A stretch of 64,000 nt of DNA from Eledone cirrhosa (GCA_964016885.1 OZ024745.1:125116001-125180000), one strand, 5' to 3'. Shown: positions 11,778 to 26,383, counted from the stretch's first letter. The notes: a model not told the origin generated them from the letters alone. A program made the numbers and translations.

Positions 11778-12317
11778 TGTTCCCTTATTATTGGAAGGGT
11801 TTTGATAGCAGAACACGCCTTCCGTATTGTATTATCATAAACAACCGTCTCCAATTAATTTGACTTGGTCCCTAAGTAATCCCAATCTAGTTCATGAATG
11901 CTATTTAACCATCTTATTCGCAGTATGTATATCTTCGCGAATCCTACTAGATGGCATTGACAATAATGACCAGCGATTCCTTCCTACGACATTCAAACCA
12001 AAGCTCTATATAGCGAAGCTGTGATCTGTTGATTCGAATAATTAGCGGTTCTACCTGGAGACACTTCCCTATCTCCGAGTTACTATCGAGTAATTTTATT
12101 CTAAACACCCTTCGGAGGAACCACATTTTGGCCACTTTTATTCCCGATCCTATACTTTCTGTCTCTTCCCAAAAGGTATGACCATAGATAAAAGTAAGTA
12201 AGGACACCAAATTAAAGAGAGGGAATTTGAGATGCACACCTATTTCTTTTATGATCACCAAGTACTGAAGCTGGTGCATTGCTTCATCAGTTCCAGCAAT
12301 TTGTCAACTTTTGTTTT
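11778..12317 (-). mobile_element. RTE-clade (Rex3/Expander-like) LINE 3' fragment
   Basis: ORF 11947-12279 (LTFIYGHTFW..KMWFLRRV..LQVEPLIIRINRSQLRY) resembles the RTE ORF C-terminus. Confidence 0.7.
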
Positions 12318-12554
12318 TGTTAAGTATGATGCGTAATAGAGGGTTTTAATAAAAGCTTTTATTAACGGTAAATTACACAGCTCGTTCTTTGAACTCCATC
12401 TCCTCTGCTGACCGGTGACGCCCTTTTATTGATGGCTGTCTCGATGTTCTTCCTCACCTTGTGACTGTCCCGAGCATTACCCCTGAGAGTTCACTTAATA
12501 TGAAGCACAACAGCTACGACTAACAGACCAAGATGCTAATTAGCAACTATCACA
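12318..12554 (-). repeat. 3' LTR of the Gypsy element
   Basis: TGTTAAGTAT...GCTAATTAGCAACTATCACA, a direct repeat of 16284-16520. Confidence 0.93.
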
Positions 12555-12949
12555 TTATTCCTCCTCGAAACGTTTTGGTATTTTACGCCCTGCCGCAATT
12601 CTTGCACTTCGCCTCAATTGTGATGAAAACAAAGTATTTGATTTTTTACAACTAACATTGCTTCTAACTTGCGGACTTCATATCGTTTGTCGAAGACTAG
12701 TACCGTCACCCCTAGACAACCTTGAAGAATCAGTGTGAGCCTCTGCGTTATGTGTGATGCTTTAATCGCTCAATTCTGGTTCCCGTATGTTTAGCGATGC
12801 AAGTTCCTCAACTGCTACTAACTTCAGTGGGTGGTCCGCCTTCTTAATCCATGTCGCATTTTCTCCAGGATCTATTACGTATTTTGCTTTGTTTCAACCC
12901 TATCCAATCTGGTCTTGCAAATTACAACCTCACCTATTACGAAGAATGT

Positions 12950-15472
12950 GTTTACAGCAACCCTCAGTTGTCTTTTCATCAGTTTTGCAGCAGGTGATAA
13001 CTTATAACCACCCTAGGCGCCTCGATGGTTAAATAGAATTATTTTCAAGTAATTGGCAAAACTCCCTCCCTTAGGTTCAAACTGCTTCAGCGCAGATTTC
13101 GAGGTTTGTACGGCCCTTTCAGCGGCACCATTAGATGCAGGACTGTAAGAAGGTGTCTCTAACTTTCTACAGTCCATGGATAACAACATACTTATAATCG
13201 CAACGAATCCAGGCCCGTTATCCGATACTAAGGCGCGGGGTACTCCAAACCACAGAAGGACTCAAGTAGCCGGCTTATTACCACATCAGTTATTTGATTA
13301 GGTCACAAGAATGTTTCAATCCAAGTTCAATAAGCGTCTGCAAAGACTAGAATAATACCGATGTTTGGAACATATGCCCAATCCACGAGAACACGTTTCC
13401 AGGGCCCAGAGATAGGCCATGAATCATTTGACTTAACTAGATTTGGCCTAAATCTCTGGCAACTGTCGCAAAATTTCACGAACTTCTCCACGGTGTAAGG
13501 CAACCCAGGCCACCAGACACAGAGTCGTGTCTTCTTAATCGTTTGTGAATGTCATGTGTTTCTCGTTTATTTTAGCTAATACTGAGGCTCGATAAGGTGC
13601 TAGAATGAATGGACGATATTTATGATATATCAAGCCATTTCACAGGTTAGAAACTCCTTCTCTTTAACGAACGTACGTTCCAGATTCGAGAACGATTTCT
13701 AATTCTGTTTTAAAATCATTTTCTTTATTTTGTTGTATAATGCATTCGCATTTACTTGTGTTCGAATGCTTTCCATCGTTACGGGATCGATTCCCTGCCA
13801 GACACTGTCACATTCGTCCAAATATGAAGCAAAGAGAATTATATCGCCGTCGTTGTTCTCACTATACCTCAAGCGTGAGTGAGCATCGACGTGCGGAATG
13901 CTTTTACTCGGGAGGCGTTTTATGACAAAATTGTACTGTGAAAGAATCAAGTTTCATCTAGATATTTTCTGTGAAACTCGTGGAGGTACATCCACATCCT
14001 TTGTGAAGAGTGTTGTTAAAGGCTGGTGATGCGTTTCCACACATAATTGCTTTCCCAGAAGCAAATGCCGCAGTCTGTCCACGCACCATACTACTGCATA
14101 GGCCCCTCTCTCTATGTTCGACCAATTCCGTTGTGAAAAGGTGTGGCTTATGAAAGCTACTGGGTATCCCTCCTGGGATAACTTCCCAGCTACTGCAATT
14201 AAGAATGCATCTACAGTGAGAGTTCTCATTTTCTCCATTGAATATGGCTGCAAAACCGGAGCTTCCGAAAGATGAGTGTTAGGTGTTCCAAAAACCTTAT
14301 CTTGCTCTTTACCTCACTTGAACTCTTTAGATCTAGATGTTAAGAGTGGTCCTATCTTTTCAGCATATGCCGGGATAATAGTTTGTTAAACCTAATATTT
14401 TATCGATATGCTCCTTCGATTTTGGTACCTGTATATTCTTCAGGTTTGCCACCAATTCTTGAGATAGAGAAATTCCTTCTTCAGATATATCCATTCCCAG
14501 GAAAGTCAACTTTCTTCTTCTGGAGAACGACTTCTCTTTTTTTATGGAGAGTTGCGTCTTGGTTAGCCTCGCAACTACCGTATTTTCTCTGCTCGTTAGC
14601 TTTGCTTCTATATTAGCACATATGAATATATTGTCTTTGATACCCTGACTCCTTCGATCCCCTTTAGTAGAGTCTCCATACAGTTCTGAAATATACCACT
14701 TGAATTTTTAAGGCCCATTTGAAGTCTGATAACCAGGTTCAGCCCATTGGTTGTATTGATAGCGCAAATGCGCCTTGCGTCTTCTGCCAAAAAAAATTGC
14801 TAATATGCAGGCTTTAGGTCAAGTGTTGAGAAACATTTTGCACCTGACATACCGGAGAAAATAGTATCTGTTGATGGTATGGAAAAAGAATAGGTGCTAA
14901 TATGCGCATTTAAGTGACCCTTATAATCAACACACATACAGAGTGATCCATCTTTCTTTCTCAACCAGACCATGGATGAGGCATATCTGACCCTAGAGTA
15001 ATCTGGCGGTGTGATGACCTCATCATTTCCAACCTCAGTAACTCGTCCATAACTTTATTTTCTAAATGAACTGGAACGCGTCTCGCTGAACTTATCCTGC
15101 TATAACTCTCATCAGAGCAGTTAACACGAGCCACAAACCTTTAACTTCCAGGAAGTTCAAGATAAAACAAAACGAACTGTCTTTAATAATGTATTTTCCA
15201 ATCAGTCCGAAGTTGTAGGGGATGCCTACTACGTGGAAGCCACGAGATTCATTGGTGTTGTTGAATTTAAATCTTACCCGTACAGATCCAACCACCTTTA
15301 GATCTGAACCACCAAAAGCAGTTAAGCGTTTGTGAGATGGGTCGATTGGGATATTTAGTTGTGGAGCGAATGAAAGTGGTATTATTGAACAAACTGCACC
15401 CGTATCTAGTTTCATATCGACGCTTCTATTGCAGAAACCCGTATTATCTACGTGAGTTGTTATGTTTAGCAT
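12950..15472 (-). pseudogene. pol: Gypsy pol pseudogene (protease, RT, RNase H, integrase)
   Basis: Protease LDTGA; RT RKKDGSLCMCVDYK, FSTLDL and MGLKNSSGIFQ; RNase H LTVDA..YPVAFIS..WSNIERGAYAVVW..ETHHQPL; integrase FGVPRALVSDNGPGF and PSYSPASNGAAERAV. Many stops and frameshifts. Confidence 0.92.
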
Positions 15473-15539
15473 AAAACTGTCAATGGAACCGGCTTAACTC
15501 GATATCTCATTTATGTTGTTTATTTACGATCGTATTTTC

Positions 15540-16252
15540 ATCGACAGAATCTTGCAAAATGCCCTAATTTTACGCATTTATTACAAATGTTTCCATATGC
15601 TGGACACGTACGCAGTTTGTGTGCACACCCACAATGTCTACATTTTGCTACATTGTGAATGTCCTAACTGCTGCTAGGAATTTTTTTTTTTTCTTTATGT
15701 TAAAAGTTGTTGATGGGGCGAAGGCTGTCGACATACTCGTAAACAATGTTTTAGATTCTATAGTGGATCCGAGAGTAGCTAGTTCAGTGTATTTCCTTTT
15801 AGAATTACATGTAACTGATCTAGAAATTTCAATTTTACCTCTGTCGATTATAATCCCTCGAAGAAAATGAGCTTCATAATATCTTCTTCTGGATTTTCTT
15901 TCATCCTATTCGAATGACAATAGGAAGCTTGAGAATTAATCCTCAGAAGAAAATCCTTATTTGACTCGCTGTCGAAATGTTTTCACTCCAATAACTTGAG
16001 TCTGTCCGCAATTAACAGTCACTCCACCGGATTTATTAGCTGAAAAAATGCGTTCATTATTTGCTCTGGTATATAGCATCCTGATGTCATATAGGGAGGG
16101 AAGAGGACATCCTTCAGCTTTATTATAGCCTTCACTCCACAGATCGAAAGTAATGTCGGTTTCTTTTTGACATCTTCAATGTCATTGCATAATAGTTTTA
16201 CGTCGAACTGTATCAGCCAGGCATTGGCTTCTTCAAAGTCGTTCAGGTCCAA
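15540..16252 (-). pseudogene. gag: Gypsy gag pseudogene with two zinc knuckles
   Basis: 15642-15544 translates CRHCGCAHKLRTCPAYGNICNKCVKLGHFARFC (CX2CX3HX4C + CX2CX4HX4C, typical of the Mag lineage). The N-terminus reads WLIQFDVKLLCNDI..LLSICG. Confidence 0.85.
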
Positions 16253-16283
16253 ATGATTTCCGTATCTCCTCTTTGACGCCGTT

Positions 16284-16520
16284 TGTTAAGTATCACGCGG
16301 AATAGATGGATTTAATAAAAGCTTTAATTAACGGTAAATTACACAGCAAGTTCTATGTCCTCCCTCTCCTCTCCTGACCAGTGATGCCCTTTTATTGATG
16401 GCTGTCCCGTCGCTCTTCCTCACCTCGTGACTGCTCGACACTTACAACCCGAGATTTCACTTAATACGAAGCACAACGGCTACGACTAGCAAACAAAAAT
16501 GCTAATTAGCAACTATGACA
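16284..16520 (-). repeat. 5' LTR of the Gypsy element
   Basis: TGTTAAGTAT...GCTAATTAGCAACTATGACA. Confidence 0.93.
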
Positions 16521-16668
16521 GTTTTCATTATTCAACCTGTATACATGGCTCTGTAGCTCGTCTGAATACCCAAGAAAATTTAATATAACGATACCTCCTA
16601 CTAGAAGAACCCAAGCCCTTATCGCCCGATCTCTTTGGAATGTGTACTTCCATATCATATGGATTTCT

Positions 16669-17436
<768 letters not shown>

Positions 17437-17444
17437 ACATGTAT

Positions 17445-17603
17445 TGTGCTTTTTCTCACATATGTGAGAAAAACCACAAACCCTCCATCTCAATTCTACT
17501 TTTGAAAAGCAGAAGAACGGTGAAACCGGTAAAGGAACGAAATAAATATATATTTTTATTTTAAAAAAGTCTCCAGTTGCATTTTTGATTTTATCTTTTT
17601 TTC

Positions 17604-17607
<4 letters not shown>
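17445..17607 (+). mobile_element. Penelope-like pLTR 3' fragment, family B copy 1 (hammerhead 3' half GAAACCGGUA)
   Basis: Reverse-complement homologue of 19815-19980. Begins with a fold-back hairpin and ends in (TA)n. Confidence 0.65.
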
Positions 17608-17665
<58 letters not shown>

Positions 17666-18611
17666 GAGAGAGAGAGAGAGAGTGAGAGAGAGAGATAGAG
17701 AGAGAGAGAGCGAGAGAGGGAGAGAGAGATGGATTTTAAAAAAGAGATATAGAGTAATAGATAGATAGATAAATAAATTAATAAATATAAAATAGACAAT
17801 GGCTGAGCATTCTTATTTTTGGAATTCTTCTCCAAAAATGTACAAATGAAATCTTCTCACTGTGACTATAGAAAGCACAATTCTGTTTGTGTTACACGCT
17901 CTTGAAGTTTATAAGGGTAGGAAATAAACAAACATACTAAACATAAATACAAAAAGAAAAAGGATAGGATAACAATTTGTTTTAATCTGCTGATTCTAAA
18001 AAAAGATCTATCCACTTCGCATTTTATATATTTATTCAATATTTAAGCTGGTTGTTCTCTCTGGAGTTGATCATTTGTTTGATAAAGTTTTGATTTACTA
18101 GATAAAGTTTTAATTTACTCATTGAATTAATCATCACAGTTAATAGTGCATATATAACTCACTGTATTGCAGGTGTAAGACTTAAGTATATAAAGAAACA
18201 GTCTGTGCGCAGCTTATACTAAGGAAATAATTCTGCAAATATAACACAATTCATGAAAGGGAAGTCGAAAGGAAACAATATCTAAAGGAGGATCAGCTGA
18301 GATTGAAGCAAAATAATGAGACATCTACTGGTGTGTAAATTAAAATCACACAAAGAAAAATGTAGAGATATTATTTGCAACGAGAAGGAAAATTAGCCTG
18401 CGTGACTACGTATATATGTGCAGGGGATAGATAGGAAATGGGAGAAAAGGAGAAAGAAAAACAGAAATATAGAGCATATGGGAACGGAAAGAGAGAAAGA
18501 AATATGAGAAAAGTTCAAATATATAACTAACGTTTGACGTTTTTCATTCTATCTTTCTTTTGTGAAAACGTACGTTTCTTTTATCATGGTATTTAGATAT
18601 TTAATAAACAT

Positions 18612-18964
18612 AAACACGAAAGTCTGCGCGAAGATGGTGCCAAAACTGCTGAACCATGACCAGAAGGGTCGACGCATGCAAGTGTGCCAGGACATCCTCG
18701 AGCGTCTTGAAACCGAATCAGACTTGCTAGAGACAGTCATCGATCTTCGGGTACGACCCGAAAGGGACCCGTTTTGAAGACGACATCAAAAAGGTCGTGA
18801 CGACGAAACTGCGGAGGATCGCGGAAGAAACCTTCCAGGAGTGCATACAACCGTCGTAGAAAAGCTGGAAAATTGCATTAGACTCCAGGGGGATTACTGT
18901 GTGTGAAGTTTGGGTTTGAAATAAATCTTTTGTGACATCAGTCCGGGAACGTTTCTGACACCTC

Positions 18965-18965
<1 letters not shown>
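18612..18965 (+). mobile_element. Mariner/Tc1 DNA transposon, internally deleted fragment with right TIR
   Basis: KVCAKMVPKLLNHDQKGRRMQVC (WVPHEL-like motif), then a C-terminal RFEDDIKKVVTTKLRRIAEETFQEC. The TIR CAGTCCGGGAACGTTTCTGACACCTCG (18939-18965) is followed by TA. Confidence 0.85.
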
Positions 18966-19002
<37 letters not shown>

Positions 19003-19008
<6 letters not shown>

Positions 19009-19593
19009 TAAAATATATGATAAACACAAAACGTGTTTGCATTGTAACAGACAAAGTTAGCTATTAATGAAATAAACTAATTAAAGTGAATACAATTTGT
19101 CTGTCTCGATATAAGTCAATAAATGCTCCTTAACTGTAGAGCTGATCTTTAATCCCGCATAAACGGCTGTTATTTCTAGCACCGGGAATGTGGGACGGCT
19201 AATTTGGCCTGGCTGCACACGTGTAGTCAGACCTGCTAAATTTTTTATGTGGAATATACTAATTTTACTGGGTTCCTGTTGATAAGCACAGAAGATTTGG
19301 TTATTTCACTTTTTATTTCAATTCCATTTCGATTCTCTTTATTTTTCAATTCACGTACCACCGTTGCGAAACGTATTTAGGTTTCGAGGTTCAAATTCAT
19401 CTACGGAGCAGGTTTGGATTTTGAAATTTAAATATGTCCAGGAACCATGGCCATTGCCAATATAAGCTTGTCTTTATTGACTTATATCGAGACAGACAAA
19501 TTGTATACACTTTAATTAGTTTATTTCATTAATAGCTAAGTTTGTCTGTTACAATGCAAACACGTTTTGTGTTTATCATATATTTTAATGTAT
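19003..19593. repeat. Inverted repeat with 121-bp arms (19003-19123 / 19473-19593)
   Basis: The arms are reverse complements with about 2 mismatches by eye; the spacer is 349 bp. Confidence 0.9.
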
Positions 19594-19672
19594 TTAACTG
19601 CTCGGAAATGCCCCTTTTCTTGGAGCTGGATTATTGTAAACGACTGAGAGTTTATTCTCAAAATATAATATA

Positions 19673-19744
<72 letters not shown>

Positions 19745-19814
19745 ATTATTATTAGAAAGTGAGGTTTTTTTGCAAAGCGAAAAAAAACCGAGGTGTCCTA
19801 CACGAGTGAAAGTA

Positions 19815-19980
19815 TAAAGAAAAAAAGATGAAATAGAAAATGCAATTGGAGTCTTTTTTTATAAAAATATATATTTATTTGGTTCCTTTACCGGTTTCGC
19901 AATTCTTGTGCTTTTCAAAAGTAGAATTGAGATGGAGGGTTTGTGGTTTTCCTCACAGATGTGAGGAAAACCACAAACCC
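19815..19980 (-). mobile_element. Penelope-like pLTR 3' fragment, family B copy 2, with terminal fold-back
   Basis: Homologous to 17445-17607. A palindrome lies at 19937-19980, and the copy sits between (TA)n tracts. Confidence 0.65.
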
Positions 19981-19981
19981 C

Positions 19982-20145
<164 letters not shown>

Positions 20146-21380
20146 ATGTTATGAACAACATAAGATAATTATTTCATTTACCAGTGGTTACTTGAAAGCA
20201 GATATATCTCTTTTCAGTCGTCAGAATGAATAAAACATGGTGTTTTTATTAAATATGGATTTGAAAGCAAAATCAAAATATAAGAAATATGAAAGTGAGG
20301 CTGATGAAACAACGGGCGAAGAAGAAGAAGGCGAAAAAGAATATATATATATATAAATGCCATTGTTAAATAATAAATAAATCAACTAATACCTTAACAC
20401 TTCACACAAAGTAAAACATTTCGTTTTAATCATTTTCTAACCCAGAAAAAAAGAGAGAGAGAAACAAAAAAGGAAAAGAATATATTTTTCTTCCTAATAA
20501 TCGTCTCTTTCTCCCTATATATTTTCATATATATTTTAATATATATATTTTCATATATATTCTCATTTAAAAGACGTCCTAACACATGACACGATACTAG
20601 AACCTTCTAAGTTATTCCGACATTTATTCTATCTACTTAATCCTGTAATCCACTGACGTATAGAACCAGTTCACTCTCCATGAAATTGTTATTTATCATA
20701 CTGGTCTTAGAGGAGTTTTGGTCATCCATCGCCACACAACCCGACTCATTTCTCGTACAGATAACGACCCATTTGTGTTGAAGTGTAGCAACTATCATTT
20801 CAAACGTCATTGTATTGATGTTAGAAAACCTGCAGCGATCCTACGTTCCTAAGAAAGGCTAACTAGAAATATATATGTTTAAGCAAAAACAAGGATAGCG
20901 GTCAATACCTGATATGCTTCAGGTTTCTGGTTTAAGATAATTCAGCATTGTTCGGTATTGATATCGGAATCATACCAAACAAATACTGGATTAGGAAAAT
21001 AAAATTCGTTTCAAATAAAATCATTCAGAGATTTCATTCACTTGCTGAGTTAGTATGTACTGTTCAGGAAAATCTAAGAGGATTTTTAATGACAGTCGAG
21101 AGTTTCGGATATCCCATATCACCTGTATGATATGTAGTACTACAATGCTTTTTGTTAGACTTGTTAAAGCAATTCTATTGTGTCTTCAGAATTCTCATAC
21201 CTCACAATGTAGATTAACTTTGCTTTTAAGACAGGATATTCCTCCTATCGTAATATAATATAAGTGCGATTAGTGTAATTATTTTGCCACCAGCACTAGA
21301 GAGAATATATTGCAGAAATAATTTCACTCATTACTATATTCTAGCCATTCATTATTAGTGAGACATACGCACTTTCATAG

Positions 21381-21453
21381 ATGAGTCACCTTCATATGGC
21401 ATAGCAATAGCTATTCGTCGAAGAAGGTGGAAAAGGATTTGGAGACTTGCTGC
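21381..21453 (+). other. Candidate 73-nt internal exon of an unidentified host gene
   Basis: Acceptor CACTTTCATAG| and donor |GTGAGT. Only one frame is open (ESPSYGIAIAIRRRRWKRIWRLA). No homology recognised. Confidence 0.3.
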
Positions 21454-23645
21454 GTGAGTCGGCCTGGCTTTACGAACTTTAGAGATGATGAAATTTATAA
21501 TGAATAAATAAATGAAAGTAGAAGCACAATGTAGGGATACTATTGTAATTTATTTTAAAACGGTGTTTTAATTATGCTAAGATTTGACAACCTTATGTGC
21601 AGTTGTAACTGAGAATTGAAGGAAGAGAAATAAAATAGCGAGTATCAAGTTGGTATCGAGACGCACGTCAATTAAACGATGTATTAATAATAACAAACAC
21701 ATGAACCAACACATCGATTGAATTGTTTTATATTAATTATTTGCGTTGGAACACATGTTCCTGGAAACCAAGCTGACTAATTTATCTATGCTATACTAAA
21801 ATCGTGTCTATTTATCAAACTATTATTGTTCTTTAAATGTATGCTCCCATAACCACACGTTGATTTACATTCAATAAAATATTAAGCACTTACTTTAGGT
21901 ACCTCTATAAGTTATGGTATTTTAGCAATGTTATCGACCCTATTGCACAATGGATAAACACAAAAGAGATAGCTTATTTACTCTTATTTACTCTAAGAAT
22001 AACGTTTTAATACATTTGATAATAAGATACGGCATTAAGCACTTATGTGAACTTTATCAGTAACGAGAGAACGATAACAACAAAAGAAAATTTTAAGCTG
22101 TTGGACTTCAAGATTTGTGATGAAATCAAATAAAAATATACATTGATAAATATATAAAATGAAAATAATTGCAGCGAGGATATCATTTATGACATTCAAA
22201 AATATTTACAAAATACAACAAATAGATTCATGAAACATTTGAAACTACAACGGTAAACATGTAAATGTAAATATTGCAATGCAAATTTTCCACAATTTGT
22301 TTTAATGTAAATATCATGCAGTAGATTATGTTAGGTTTGTATCTTTAAGTGTTGTTTTGTTATTCATAAACAAGATAACCTTCATGTACGTGAGTCAATA
22401 ACAACTAAAACATCACGTAATATCAAGCATAACAATAAGACAGTAATCCCCAGCTTACCATTCTCTACAATATTGCTACTATCACGTTTCTACCAGCACT
22501 AGTATTTTTCATGCATTGAATGTAAATTATATTTTACAGGGTAAACCACGGATTCTTAATTGTCAGAAATATAGTTTTACATCTGATTCAACTGGTAACA
22601 TAATAGTGTTCATAATGGCAAGATAAAAAGTGCAAAGCTAAATATTTATTGACTCACTAAGTTATCTACAGTTGCACTTCAAAACATGCTAGCTCATAAT
22701 TTCAAAACCACATCCCAAGAGAGATATGTACTTCATATATGAAAATGTATAGATTGAATGTTTCTATTTAGGCTCTGCAGATAATGTAGGCGTTTATGTA
22801 ATTCCTAAAAACTGACGCCAAAATGTGTAATGAACGTAGGTTACTGGACAAGTAACACTTTAATAATATTTTAAACCAGTCTTACTTGAAATATCCAACT
22901 AGAACATTATATTTTCCATTCAAACACACATAATTTCTCAGAAATCAATAGTTGCGTGCAAGATAATATCGAATTAGCATTGATCAGATCCACAAACTCA
23001 TAGTTATTCTCAAAAATTAAAGAAAACTCTTAATTAACACGCAACCACAATGTGGGAAACTCTAGAACGTACTGCAGATGACTGATAGTATGACAAAATT
23101 CCATTGCAAACATGGAAAGCATGAACTTAATGACCAAATTGATCCACTTTCCCATCGTTTAATTATGCGCTTAAAACAAAGTGCAATCTCAGCACATTTC
23201 AAATACAATGTACGCTAAATATAAAGAGGAATACATTTGTCAATAATAGAGCGAATAACTATTGATGCTCTAGTTATTTCAGAATGTTAACTCAGAGATA
23301 CTCGAAACCAGTATAACAATTGCCATTTGTGAACTGATGAGAACAAATTTGAATCGAGTGTTCAAAACTTCCAACCTTTTCTTGATACTTTACGGTCACG
23401 GCTTAGCACATGAACAATACACCAACAGTATTATTAATAATATGATTCTGTAGAGAGACGTGAAGGCTTCCAAACATTGATACATATATGAATTTATGAA
23501 TGTTACAGTTCTAAGCAAAGAAAACTAACAAGGAAATACGAAACATCATTATTGAAAACGATTACATTGGTGCAGAATTTGGTTTCTATATTACATATTT
23601 GAAAGAATACTTTCCCAAACTTATACATACAAACACACACCAACC

Positions 23646-23680
<35 letters not shown>

Positions 23681-23877
23681 TTCTGTGTGTGTGAGGGAGT
23701 GAGGGAGATTGAGAGCGAGAGACATCATTGTGTAGGTAATATTCAACTATACAAAGCGTACATTCATCATAAACATGTAACTTATATATGTGAGGCCAAC
23801 GGGCAAACTTCGTTTCGAAAGCGAGGTAGTATTGTGTTGATACAAGAAAATGTCAGAAACTTCAATATATATATATT

Positions 23878-23958
23878 TTCCTTTTATAAAAGCGGCTGTA
23901 GAAATGTTGTATATATATATATATATATACCTTATTTCTACAGCCGCTTTTATAAAAG

Positions 23959-23961
<3 letters not shown>
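23878..23961. repeat. Fold-back palindrome with 28-bp perfect arms around a (TA)n loop
   Basis: TTCCTTTTATAAAAGCGGCTGTAGAAAT / ATTTCTACAGCCGCTTTTATAAAAGGAA. Confidence 0.9.
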
Positions 23962-24021
<60 letters not shown>

Positions 24022-24022
24022 C

Positions 24023-24124
<102 letters not shown>

Positions 24125-24885
24125 TAGTTTAAGTTGAACTACATGTGGTCAGTATATGCAGATGTCAGTCTAAGTATTGTTCGAGAACATGAGATTATAA
24201 TATAGCTATACCGTGGAGCCATTGTTATATATATATATATTATTATTGTTTCCTTTGTTCCTTTTGTGTGCGAATAACGGAAACTACTTCACTGATCGAA
24301 ATAGAAGTTATTTTGTCTTTGACACGATGAAAAACCATTGACCTTTTATATTACAATATATGTTTCTCTCGCTTTTTAATCTGGGAAAATTGTTACCTAT
24401 GTTTCTGAGTGGTAGGGAAAAGCAAATAGATTGGTGATGTTTATATATAAGGATTTTAGTTCGTGAAATATTTATTCTTGTCGCTTCCCCGATATACACT
24501 AAATCTATTAACCTCAATTCGATTCTGTATTTAGGTCACACATTAATGTCATTTGTAAAGATTCCCAGCTTACTTATTTTAATATTTCAAGAAGATAAAA
24601 ACAGGAAGTATAGTTGAAGCCCTACTTATATGAAAAATATAACGGAAAAAATATTGTATTGATGCGAAAAATAATAAAAAGATTTAGACTAGATATTGAA
24701 TATCGTATAAAACCTAATTTGGCTGCTATCAAATACTGTAATGAAATTAAATTTAAAAAATATCTATCAGCCATAATAAGGTTAACTTTAGAATGATACA
24801 CATTATTTTCTGGAGAATTAAATTGATAATAAACAAATATAAACTCAGATTTTTTTTATTAATAAATGTATACTGCACATGCACC

Positions 24886-24887
<2 letters not shown>

Positions 24888-24967
<80 letters not shown>

Positions 24968-25040
24968 CACTACTACTACTACTACTACCACTACTACTAC
25001 TACTACTACTATTACTAGTACTACTACTACTAATACTACT
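24888..25040. repeat. (CTA)n microsatellite
   Basis: Read directly. Confidence 0.95.
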
Positions 25041-26270
25041 AGCGTTATCATTACATATACATACGTAACCGTTTATCGATTTTTGAAATTCTAGAACGAT
25101 GCTCCTAGTTTAAATGTTTAAAAACATTGCTGGTCTTCTCTTTGACATGTACAAACACGTTTGTTCGTATGTGTATATATGCTTGGATTTCTGGATATGT
25201 GTATAATTTCAAGATAGAAGAGAATATTTGTATAGCCACAATCTGAAAAAAATTGTACTAGAATTTCATGTACAGAATAGTTATAATCAGAGAAATATTA
25301 ATGTTTGAGATGGGTTGTCTTGTCCAATATTCCCCTCTGTGATAGTCAAAAATCCCTTTCTCTTTGACTTTCTTTGTCCTACAGCAATGTATCTGGAATT
25401 TCTTTCTCTTCAGCTCGGTCCCAATATCGTATTGACTAAACAGTCACAACCACTATTTATGACAAGATCTTGCATATATCTTATATATAATTCACAGGTA
25501 TGAAGGGAACGTATAGAAATTTATTGCTGAATCTGCAGAGGGTTAATGTTAGCCTAGAACCATTAAAAATAACCATATGGGCCATGATTTAGATTATTTG
25601 TCTGAATGCAGTTCTAATATACATGAAACATTTGGCCAAAGCTTTATAAAATTGTCATTTTATTTTTCACCAGTTATTTCTTTTCTAAACAAATTCTGTT
25701 GTTTGTTTTGTTTTATCTTTACTTTACTAACAGTAACTCATATCATCACAGACTATAAGCTACTGAAATATCCATCAAACGAATTTGTCTGCATAATATT
25801 TCTGCTCGAAATTCTATATTATTATATATTTGATAATTTTTTTTTGTGGCATTGATATTATTTTGTAAGCATCGCATTAACAATAATCCACAAAATATTC
25901 ATGAAAGCCAATCTGAAAAGGTCACCTATATACCTGAATCATTTGTTAACTTTTTTATAGCATTGCAGAGAATATTGGAACACCAATTTCAGTAGATATA
26001 TCTGAATAAACAGGAACACATTTTCAGTCCACCGTATATAAAGATAACTTCTGATTGTGGAAAGGAATAAAGTATAAAAGGAATGATATTAACACACAAC
26101 CACATAAAAAAGACATATCTCTCCTGTGGCAAAAGCAAAGGAAAGTGAATAAAATATCAAATATATTTAGACAAGTATTTTAAACTGTTCTCACTCCATT
26201 AAAAATACGTTTGAACTTAAATACAAAATTTTGGTAGCAGAGAATCAGAGAGAGTAAATAAAAGAAAAAT

Positions 26271-26291
26271 GATAGATAGATAGATAGATAT

Positions 26292-26383
<92 letters not shown>

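Larger units (their letters stand above)
12318..16520 (-). mobile_element. Full-length decayed Gypsy/Ty3 LTR retrotransposon (Mag-like)
   Basis: Two 237-bp TG..CA LTRs and a 5-bp TSD GTTTT (12313-12317 and 16521-16525). Domain order is gag-PR-RT-RH-IN. A PPT-like GAGGAGGAATAA precedes the 3' LTR and a degenerate PBS (CGGCGTCAAAGAGGAGAT) follows the 5' LTR. Confidence 0.95.

Noticed and set aside
21055-21258. HITCMICS as a GIY-YIG remnant
   Set aside because: A single weak motif with no supporting YIG/R/E residues.
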